Of a stretch of 64,000 bases of DNA, positions 30,015 to 36,375 are shown one piece after another. Position 1 is the stretch's first letter; every line of letters begins with the position of its first letter. The notes under the pieces were generated by a model. That model was given only the letters and a program-made list of their open reading frames with translations, ran no database searches and was not told the DNA's origin. The stretch lies in the NCBI GenBank assembly GCA_045542075.1, contig JAZQKI010000017.1:2738-66737 (forward strand), given 5' to 3'. The position numbers were made by a program, and so were the translations under genes. The DNA is from Eubacteriales bacterium (GTDB lineage Bacteria > Bacillota > Clostridia > Oscillospirales > CAG-272).

Positions 30015-31406
30015 ATGGATAATAAGTTGCAGAAGCGATACGGACTTTTCACCGCGATATGTATGGTGGTGGGAATAGTCATCGGCTCGGGCGTGTTCTT
30101 CAAGGCGCAGGACATACTCAATTACACAGGCGGAAATATGCTTCTCGGCATACTTGCGTGGGTTATAGGCGGCGTTATTATGATAATATGCGCCTTCAAC
30201 TTCGCAAACTTCGCCACAAGATACGTCAAGGTCAACGGTGTCGTTGACTACGCCGAGGCCATAGTCGGCCCGAGATACGCGTATATGACGGGCTGGTTTC
30301 TCTCCAGCATCTACTTCCCCGCAATGACGGCGGTGCTTGCGTGGGTGTCGGCAAGATACACGCTGATTCTGTTCAACCCCAACGCAGATATAACAAGCGG
30401 TCTTTGTATGGCGCTCGGCGGATTTTATCTCTGTCTTGCATATACCGTCAATGTCCTCTCCCCCAGGATTGCGGGAAAATTTCAGGTCAGCGCGACCGTA
30501 ATAAAGCTTATTCCCTTGGCGATAATCGTTGTGGTTGGAACGATAGCAGGTCTTGTAAACGGCAACACCGTCGAGGCGTTCTCGTCCTCGGCAAGCTCTA
30601 TGAGCGGCGGCTTTGACAGTGTCTTTGCTGGCATTGGCGCGGCGGCGTTCGCATACGAGGGCTGGATAATCGCAACGTCTATAAACTCCGAGCTCAAAGA
30701 GCCGAAAAAGAATCTCCCCCGCGCGCTCGTTATAGGCACGGCGGTGATAATGGTGATATATATTACCTATTTTATAGGACTTTCGGGCGGCGCGTCCGTT
30801 GACGTGCTTCAGACCCAGGGCTCGACTGCAGCGTTCAGAAATCTTTTTGGCGGCGTAGGCAGCACTATCCTGAACGTATTTATCGTTATCTCCTGCCTTG
30901 GAACGCTTAACGGACTTATGCTTGCGAACACCCGCTCGCTTTATTCCTTGTCCGTACGCGGAAATGGCCCATCTCCCAAGATGTTTGCGCAGGTAGACCC
31001 GCAGACCAATATGCCCGCAAATTCAAGTGCATTGACTCTGCTTTTCTGCGGCGCGTGGTTCTTCTATTTCTACGGAGCAAACCTCACAGCCCCCATCTTT
31101 GGCGTGTTCAGCTTTGACTCGTCCGAGCTGCCGATAATCACGGTCTACGCGCTTTATATCCCGATATTTATTATGTTTATCAAAAAAGAGGGCAAGCACA
31201 ATATCTTCAAAAATATCGTGATGCCAATTCTTGCGGTAATCTGCTCGCTGTTTATGATTTTCGTGGCAATATACGCCCACGGTATAGTAAAATACAGGGC
31301 GGCGGCCGCCGCGGGAGAATTCGCCTTCCCCGTGCTGTTCTACCTTATAGTTTTCGCGGTCATAATGGGGGCAGGTGCGCTGTTTTATAAGTCGAAGAAA
31401 AAATAA
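30015..31406 (+). CDS. APC-superfamily amino acid permease
   Basis: 463 aa, 12 TM; contains GSGVFFK and FAYEGW motifs. Confidence 0.85.
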   Translation: MDNKLQKRYGLFTAICMVVGIVIGSGVFFKAQDILNYTGGNMLLGILAWVIGGVIMIICAFNFANFATRYVKVNGVVDYAEAIVGPRYAYMTGWFLSSIYFPAMTAVLAWVSARYTLILFNPNADITSGLCMALGGFYLCLAYTVNVLSPRIAGKFQVSATVIKLIPLAIIVVVGTIAGLVNGNTVEAFSSSASSMSGGFDSVFAGIGAAAFAYEGWIIATSINSELKEPKKNLPRALVIGTAVIMVIYITYFIGLSGGASVDVLQTQGSTAAFRNLFGGVGSTILNVFIVISCLGTLNGLMLANTRSLYSLSVRGNGPSPKMFAQVDPQTNMPANSSALTLLFCGAWFFYFYGANLTAPIFGVFSFDSSELPIITVYALYIPIFIMFIKKEGKHNIFKNIVMPILAVICSLFMIFVAIYAHGIVKYRAAAAAGEFAFPVLFYLIVFAVIMGAGALFYKSKKK

Positions 31407-31412
31407 TAGATG

Positions 31413-31496
31413 ACCTACCCGACAGGATTTGAACTTTCACATAATTTTGCGGGGCAAAATTATGTATAACGTTTCTTCTTACCGTTCGGGTGGTTA
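31413..31496. repeat. tRNA-Arg 3'-half-derived inverted-repeat element (copy E1)
   Basis: The left arm gacctacccgacaggatttgaac is a degenerate copy of 31539-31562 (the reverse complement of the tRNA-Arg 3' half). The centre is a 12-bp hairpin acataattttgc-ggg-gcaaaattatgt. The right arm taccgttcgggtgg resembles the tRNA-Arg acceptor 3' strand. Confidence 0.65.
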
Positions 31497-31500
31497 AACG

Positions 31501-31533
31501 CAAAGCAGAGGGGCAGGCGCCCCTCTGCTTTGT
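31501..31533. terminator. Bidirectional intrinsic terminator (permease on + / tRNA-Arg on -)
   Basis: aaagcagagggg-caggcg-cccctctgcttt. Confidence 0.75.
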
Positions 31534-31536
31534 GTT

Positions 31537-31613
31537 TGGCCTACCCGAACGGATTCGAACCGTTGACCTTCAGAGTCGGAGTCTGACGCGCTATCCAGCT
31601 GTGCCACGGGTAG
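31537..31613 (-). tRNA. tRNA-Arg (anticodon CCG)
   Basis: Manual cloverleaf: acceptor CTACCCG/CGGGTAG; anticodon stem TCAGA/TCTGA with loop CTCCGAC; T-arm AACGG-TTCGAAT-CCGTT; encoded CCA. Confidence 0.9.
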
Positions 31614-31658
31614 ATGTTTCTGTATAAATTCCTTTAATCCGGAAATAATAACAGTATG

Positions 31659-31687
31659 ATTATAGCACAAAACTTTTAACAATTCAA
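31659..31687 (-). promoter_or_regulatory. Promoter of tRNA-Arg (TTGAAT-17-TATAAT)
   Basis: The reverse complement reads TTGAATtgttaaaagttttgtgcTATAAT. Confidence 0.6.
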
Positions 31688-31734
31688 CGGCTTTTACAGA
31701 TTTAGAAAATTTTTTATTTTTTTCAAAAAAGTTA

Positions 31735-31763
31735 TTGACAAACCCAAAATCTTCTGCTATAAT
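31735..31763 (+). promoter_or_regulatory. Consensus sigma-70 promoter of tRNA-Gln(CTG) (TTGACA-17-TATAAT)
   Basis: TTGACAaacccaaaatcttctgcTATAAT, 18 nt upstream of the tRNA 5' end. Confidence 0.75.
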
Positions 31764-31780
31764 GATGTGGTCATAAACAT

Positions 31781-31856
31781 TGGGGCATCGCCAAGCCGTA
31801 AGGCATCAGACTCTGACTCTGACATTTCCGGGGTTCGAATCCCTGTGCCCCAGCCA
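31781..31856 (+). tRNA. tRNA-Gln (anticodon CTG)
   Basis: U1:A72 acceptor TGGGGCA/TGCCCCA; D-arm GCC-AAGCCGTAA-GGC; anticodon stem TCAGA/TCTGA with loop CTCTGAC; T-arm CGGGG-TTCGAAT-CCCTG (one G-U pair); 6-nt variable loop; GCCA tail. Confidence 0.85.
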
Positions 31857-31891
31857 AAAATTCGACAAGTTTCAACTTGTCGAATTTTTTT
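31857..31891 (+). terminator. Intrinsic terminator after tRNA-Gln(CTG)
   Basis: aaattcgacaagt-ttca-acttgtcgaattt followed by TTTTT. Confidence 0.8.
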
Positions 31892-31893
31892 AT

Positions 31894-32082
31894 CCAAGCC
31901 GCAGGCTTGGCATATCATCGCCGCACGAAGTGCTGCGTATATCATCAAGGGCGGCAAGCCGCCCTTGTATCTCATCACGCGCCAGCGTGCATTTTCCTGC
32001 GGCTTAATGATATACAACACTTCGTGTTGGTGATATACAAGGCTTACGCCTTGATGATATCCACGCCTTCGGCGTGATTTGG
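31894..32082 (+). ncRNA. Candidate structured RNA ('hairpin ladder'): seven unrelated hairpins joined by three nested complementary linker pairs
   Basis: See the first finding. There is no credible ORF. Linkers ATATCATC x3 (31911-31976) are complementary to GATGATAT-type linkers x3 (32006-32062) in nested order. The strand of any transcript is not established. Confidence 0.4.
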
Positions 32083-32167
32083 AGCGAGTGTCGCCCTCAA
32101 TTTCCCGCAAACGCCTTGCAATCTCCCCGATTTTATGCTATACTAACATCAGAAAGGCGGTGTTGAA

Positions 32168-32404
32168 ATGAAAAAGGCAAAAACCATTATAATCATTTGC
32201 ATATTGATAGTCGTTTTGCTTTGCTTAGTTCCAATTCCTCTTAAATTAAAGGACGGTGGAACTATATATTTACGCCCTATCATACCAGCATACGAAATAT
32301 ACATTTTTAATGCGGAGTATTTCGACGATCAAACTATGAAAGGGTTGGCAATCAACCTTTTTGGAATAGAAATATACGAGAACACCTATTATGTTGATGG
32401 ATAA
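32168..32404 (+). CDS. Small membrane-anchored or secreted protein (78 aa), hypothetical
   Basis: RBS AGAAAGG upstream. N-terminus MKKAKTIIIICILIVVLLCLV, then LKDGGTIYLRP.. Possible own promoter TTGCAA-17-TATACT at 32117-32145. Confidence 0.65.
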   Translation: MKKAKTIIIICILIVVLLCLVPIPLKLKDGGTIYLRPIIPAYEIYIFNAEYFDDQTMKGLAINLFGIEIYENTYYVDG

Positions 32405-32451
32405 TTTAGACGGCATCTATTAAGGTCAGAAGAGACAAAAAACGACAATAT

Positions 32452-32472
32452 TCGACAGAAGGCTGTCGTTTT
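32452..32472 (+). terminator. Intrinsic terminator after the 78-aa ORF
   Basis: cgacag-aagg-ctgtcg followed by TTTTT. Confidence 0.6.
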
Positions 32473-32667
32473 TACTTTTTCACTCTTCACTTTTCACTTT
32501 TCACTAAAACCTCTTGTCGTTTTTTGGCAAGTAATAAGTAATAGTGAATAGTGAAGAAGTGCTGATGTAGCTTTTCTCCCGATGGTCGAAAAGCATTATA
32601 TTTTACTAGGGTTCGAAATCTTATTAAGAAACGCAAAAATATCTTTTTCGTAGTCTTTATGCAAAAC

Positions 32668-32696
32668 GAAGGACACCATCAGGTGTCCTTTTTTCG
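32668..32696 (+). terminator. Orphan intrinsic terminator (no annotated gene immediately upstream)
   Basis: gaaggacacc-atca-ggtgtcctt followed by TTTT. Confidence 0.55.
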
Positions 32697-32785
32697 TTTT
32701 GGCTGGGGCACAGGGCAATTTGAAACACGACACATAAACCGCTTGCGATTTATGTAAGGGTTCGAACCCGTTCGGGCAGGCTATC
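32697..32785. repeat. Chimeric tRNA-3'-half inverted-repeat element (copy E2): reverse-complemented tRNA-Gln 3' end, a hairpin, then a tRNA-Arg-like 3' half
   Basis: ttttggctggggcacaggg (32697-32715) is the exact reverse complement of 31841-31859. The centre is acataaa-ccgcttgcga-tttatgt. The right arm gggttcgaacccgttcgggcaggc compares with tRNA-Arg GGTTCGAATCCGTTCGGGTAGGC. Confidence 0.75.
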
Positions 32786-32836
32786 CACATAAAAACAAAA
32801 AAGACATTCCCTTCTGCATTTAACTTGGTATTTATA

Positions 32837-32866
32837 TTGACAAATCAGGGTAAATTATGCTAAAAT
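32837..32866 (+). promoter_or_regulatory. glnA promoter (TTGACA, TG-extended TAAAAT)
   Basis: TTGACAaatcagggtaaattaTGcTAAAAT. Confidence 0.6.
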
Positions 32867-32918
32867 AGATCATAATCATTCCAAGCACAATAAACAAATT
32901 TGAAAGAGAGATACAGCT

Positions 32919-34343
32919 ATGAGCAAAACAATCAAGGATATAATCACACTGATTGAGAAAAATGACATTAAAATGGTTGACTTCAAGATGGTGGACATAA
33001 ACGGTCAGTACCGTCACGTCACTATCCCCGCGGAGAACTTCTCCGAGGACACAATGAAAAGCGGCATAGGCTTCGACGCGTCCAACTACGGCTACGCGGT
33101 AGTTGAAAAGAGTGACATGGTATTCATTCCCGACCCCGACACCGCGGTAATCGACCCATTCTGCTCTATCCCTACCCTCTCTATGACGGGTAACGCAATG
33201 ATAATCGACACACCCGAAAACCGTCCTCTTGCGCAGTACCCCAGAAATATCATCAAGGCGGCTGTTCAGTATATGAAGGACTCGGGCGTTGCCGACGAGA
33301 TGAAGATACTCCCCGAATTTGAATTTTACCTCTTTGACGATGTGACCTGGTCTGTTCAGGGAAACTATATCGGCGCGTCTGTTGACGCATCCCAGTCCTA
33401 CTGGAACAGCGACACAAACGGCAAGGGCGTTATAGTTCCCAAGCAGAAGAACTACCATATAGCAAAGCCCTTTGACACCTCCTACGAGTGCCGCAGCGAG
33501 ATGTGTCTGCTTATGAAGGAGATGGGAATTGACATCAACTACCATCACCCCGAGGTTGCCGCTTCAGGTCAGTACGAGATCGAGCCCCAGCTTGGCGAGG
33601 TCGTACACATGGCAGATGCTACTATGATGATCAAGTACATCATTCACAACACGGCACTCAAGTATGGCAAGAGCGCAACCTTTATGCCCAAGCCCATCTA
33701 TGGCGAGGCAGGCAGCGGAATGCACGTCCATATGCTTCTTTTCAAGGACGGTCAGCCCGTATTCTCGGACGACAACGGCTACGCGCACCTCTCCGAGACC
33801 GCTCACTACTTTATGGGCGGACTTCTCAAGCACATCTCCTCCCTTTGCGCTATCACTAACCCCTCCACAAACTCCTTCAAGAGACTTGTTCCCGGCTTTG
33901 AAGCTCCCGTGACGGTCGGTTACGCGACCTCCAACAGAAGCGCGGTGATCAGAATCCCCGCTTACGCAAAGAGCCCCGACAAGCGCCGCTTTGAGCTTAG
34001 AAATCCCGACGCTACCTGCAACCCCTATTTCTGCTATGCGGCAATCCTTATGGCAGGTCTTGACGGTGTTAAGAACAAGATAGATCCCCACGCAAACGGC
34101 TGGGGTCCCTACGACTTTAACCTTTTCCACCTCTCCGACGAGGAAAAGGCAAAGCTTCAGGGTCTTCCCACAAACCTCCCCGATGCGCTTGACGCACTTG
34201 AGGCAGATCACGACTACCTCACCGCAGGCGGTGTATTCCCCGAGGAGCTTCTCAAGAACTTTATCAAGGCAAAGAGAGCCGAGTGTTCGGAAATGTCAAA
34301 GATCCCCCACCCCGCAGAGTTTGATAAGTACTATAATCTTTGA
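32919..34343 (+). CDS. glnA: Glutamine synthetase, type I
   Basis: 474 aa with FMPKPIYGEAGSGMHVH, NPSTNSFKRLVPGFEAP and SNRSAVIRIP motifs. Confidence 0.92.
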   Translation: MSKTIKDIITLIEKNDIKMVDFKMVDINGQYRHVTIPAENFSEDTMKSGIGFDASNYGYAVVEKSDMVFIPDPDTAVIDPFCSIPTLSMTGNAMIIDTPENRPLAQYPRNIIKAAVQYMKDSGVADEMKILPEFEFYLFDDVTWSVQGNYIGASVDASQSYWNSDTNGKGVIVPKQKNYHIAKPFDTSYECRSEMCLLMKEMGIDINYHHPEVAASGQYEIEPQLGEVVHMADATMMIKYIIHNTALKYGKSATFMPKPIYGEAGSGMHVHMLLFKDGQPVFSDDNGYAHLSETAHYFMGGLLKHISSLCAITNPSTNSFKRLVPGFEAPVTVGYATSNRSAVIRIPAYAKSPDKRRFELRNPDATCNPYFCYAAILMAGLDGVKNKIDPHANGWGPYDFNLFHLSDEEKAKLQGLPTNLPDALDALEADHDYLTAGGVFPEELLKNFIKAKRAECSEMSKIPHPAEFDKYYNL

Positions 34344-34348
34344 TTTAT

Positions 34349-34939
34349 ATGTTTTATCTGATAATAATTTTCATATCCGTAATTTTAATATCGCTTGGAG
34401 TGTTTGCGGCAGACGGAGTGTTTACCCTGCTCGCCTTTGCGAAAATACTCGGCGCGACGGCGCTTGGCGCGTTTGCGGCTTTTGCCATTGACGGAATTTT
34501 CGCTTTTATCGCACGGCGATTGCCTGAAAAATGGTTTTCGCCCGAGGCAAAAATATTTACCGTCCCGGCAGGCGAGCGCAAGCTGTACCGAAAGCTGAAA
34601 ATAAACTCCTGGAAAAAGTATATCCCCGAGCTCGGCTGCTTTACGGGCTTTCATAAGGACAAATTGCGCGACCGCAACAGCAGTCAGTACGTAGGACGCT
34701 TTCTTCTGGAGTCCAATTACGGCGTGCTGGGGCACGTGCTTGGCGCAGTCCTCGGCTTTGCCGTAATGCTTCTCCCCTTTCTGCGCCCGCTGTCAATGGG
34801 ACTGCCTATCGCGATAGTAAACTTTGTTTTGAGTATGCTACCCACGATGATTCTGCGGTACAACACCCCCTCGCTCCGCAAGGTATATCAAATGAACCTC
34901 GCCCGCGAGCAAAAAGAGCGCGAGAGCGCGGAAAAATAA
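34349..34939 (+). CDS. Membrane protein resembling the glycosyl-4,4'-diaponeurosporenoate acyltransferase (CrtO-like) family; start uncertain
   Basis: ORF 34340..34939 (TTG); first ATG at 34349. Contains ERKLYRKLKINSWKKYIPELG between TM segments. The family call is from memory of that motif. No clear RBS. Confidence 0.5.
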   Translation: MFYLIIIFISVILISLGVFAADGVFTLLAFAKILGATALGAFAAFAIDGIFAFIARRLPEKWFSPEAKIFTVPAGERKLYRKLKINSWKKYIPELGCFTGFHKDKLRDRNSSQYVGRFLLESNYGVLGHVLGAVLGFAVMLLPFLRPLSMGLPIAIVNFVLSMLPTMILRYNTPSLRKVYQMNLAREQKERESAEK

Positions 34940-34978
34940 ATAAAAAAAGGTTTTAGATACGTCAAGTCTCTAAAACCT

Positions 34979-35182
34979 TTATTTTATTTTGTCTGTTCGC
35001 CCAAGTAAATAATCAAGAGAAACGTCAAAATAGTCCGCGAATTTTATAAGCGTTTCATAATCTGCTTCGCGCTCCAGATTTTCATATCTGCTCACAGTGT
35101 TTTGATTCATGTTCAGATCAAGGGCAAGCTTCAGCTGTGATATATTCCTCTTTTTTCGCAATTCTTTGAGCCGAAATTTCAT
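34979..35182 (-). CDS. XRE-family HTH transcriptional regulator (67 aa)
   Basis: Start at the ATG 35182 (AAAGGAGA RBS). Contains LKELRKKRNISQLKLALDLNMNQNTVSRYE. Confidence 0.85.
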   Translation of the reverse strand: MKFRLKELRKKRNISQLKLALDLNMNQNTVSRYENLEREADYETLIKFADYFDVSLDYLLGRTDKIK

Positions 35183-35209
35183 TTTTATCTCCTTTTTTCG
35201 CAAAACCTC

Positions 35210-35238
35210 TTGACTTCATTATACCATTTTGGTATAAT
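35210..35238 (+). promoter_or_regulatory. Promoter of the 35321-37320 gene set, with a palindromic operator overlapping the spacer and -10
   Basis: TTGACTtcattataccattttggTATAAT. The palindrome ATACCAttTTGGTAT lies at 35221-35235, and a second half-site ccgttttggtat at 35248-35259. Confidence 0.6.
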
Positions 35239-35320
35239 GTAAATATCCCGTTTTGGTATTTTGCGTGTTTGTTGCAAAGAGTCAAAAAAATAGTGGCCCT
35301 ATTTGGCCAAGGAGGATCAT

Positions 35321-35533
35321 ATGGAAGAACAAAAGAAATTTTTACTCAACACAAATTCTAAGAAAATTCATCTCGCTAATTCGCAAGATGGCAGATGCAA
35401 AATCAAGGGTATGAGAGAAGAGTATAAGGTTTATTTCGACACCTTAGACGAAGCCTTGATGTACCCATCTAAAAAACAACCTCTTGCAAGAAAATGTTCT
35501 TTTTGTTTTATGCACTACAACGTGGGAAAATGA
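35321..35533 (+). CDS. Small Cys-containing protein (70 aa), putative zinc-binding, hypothetical
   Basis: GGAGG RBS. Contains KKIHLANSQDGRCKIKGM....FDTLDEAL....KCSFC, which recalls the KxxHxxxC...C.xC metal-binding module seen at the ends of some Gram-positive nucleases/ComEC (from memory). Confidence 0.55.
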   Translation: MEEQKKFLLNTNSKKIHLANSQDGRCKIKGMREEYKVYFDTLDEALMYPSKKQPLARKCSFCFMHYNVGK

Positions 35534-35537
35534 CATC

Positions 35538-35741
35538 ATGAAGAACTTGAATGGAATTTTAGCACTCATATGCGTAGCGGGTATACTATTTGTTAGCCTC
35601 GCTGGTTGTTTTGGCTGCACAAGCGATCTTGGAGGAGACGGCGTATCTTTGTGTAGTATTTGTGGTCAAACCCCTGTTTATTCTCAAGGTTTTTGCAAAA
35701 GGTGCTATAAAAACTTTATAAAAAGCACATATGAGGATTAA
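35538..35741 (+). CDS. Small lipoprotein-like protein with a CxxC...CxxC zinc ribbon (67 aa)
   Basis: MKNLNGILALICVAGILFVSLAGC lipobox, then CSICGQ...CKRC. Starts 5 nt after the upstream stop. Confidence 0.55.
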   Translation: MKNLNGILALICVAGILFVSLAGCFGCTSDLGGDGVSLCSICGQTPVYSQGFCKRCYKNFIKSTYED

Positions 35742-35804
35742 CTAATTATGATTTTGAAATTTATTCAAAACAATCACTTACAATAATAAAAATTGGAGGA
35801 AAAT

Positions 35805-36269
35805 ATGACACAAAGAAAGAGAGCAGTCATTATAATTATATCGTCAATATTGGCGCTTTTATTTTTACTCCTAATTGGAAATTCAATTGCTAAATCTAAT
35901 GTTCAAAAAAAATTGATTGGCAAAGTGTTCGAAGGAACCTATGAATATAACTGTCGTTATTTTGATACCAATTTAGATATAAGACTTGAAATAATTGATG
36001 AAAAATACTGCAACGTATTCTTTGATTACGAATGCGATTATACTGACAATAGTAAAGATCAGTATTGGCAAGAGGATTGTTATAATGTCCCTTACAAATT
36101 GTCAGGCGGAATATTTGGTGTCAAATTTGAGTGGTCTGGGGCGGCCGACAATCCTGCCGAACCTTTTGAAGTAAACATAAAAAACGGCGAAATTAAAAGT
36201 CTATTTACAGGGAACTACAATAGTTATGAACATGCAATGCTTTGGGTTGTATCATCTGATCATCCATAA
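35805..36269 (+). CDS. Membrane-anchored hypothetical protein (154 aa)
   Basis: ATG at 35805 after GGAGG. Has an N-terminal TM and a Cys/Tyr/Asp-rich ectodomain. Confidence 0.6.
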   Translation: MTQRKRAVIIIISSILALLFLLLIGNSIAKSNVQKKLIGKVFEGTYEYNCRYFDTNLDIRLEIIDEKYCNVFFDYECDYTDNSKDQYWQEDCYNVPYKLSGGIFGVKFEWSGAADNPAEPFEVNIKNGEIKSLFTGNYNSYEHAMLWVVSSDHP

Positions 36270-36375
36270 CAATCCTCTCTGTTCTTCCCTTTTTCGTTTA
36301 ACCCGGCGTGTAAATTAAACAAAAAGCCTAATTTCGTTTTATAAACAAATTAATCAATAGAAAGGTATATGAAAT

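Noticed and set aside
31494-32110. ORFs 31494..31682, 31757..32110, 31767..32033, 31780..32007 and 31877..32077
   Set aside because: They read through tRNA genes, terminators and the hairpin ladder. The translations are Arg/Ser/Cys-rich artefacts of palindromic DNA.
32596-32625. Possible additional tRNA gene around tagggttcgaaatct (and around 52563-52618 and 40551-40575)
   Set aside because: Only a T-arm-like hairpin is present. I could not build an acceptor stem, D-arm or anticodon arm around any of them. They are treated as tRNA-derived fragments.
32790-32918. GlnR/TnrA box or glutamine riboswitch upstream of glnA
   Set aside because: There is no good TGTNA-N7-TNACA match, only a partial TGACA..GTAAA. 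The leader is short (~50 nt) and I recognise none of the glnA-motif core.
32832-34211. Minus-strand ORFs 32832..33548 and 33564..34211 opposite glnA
   Set aside because: They are shadows of a highly expressed, codon-biased gene. They contain no recognisable domains.
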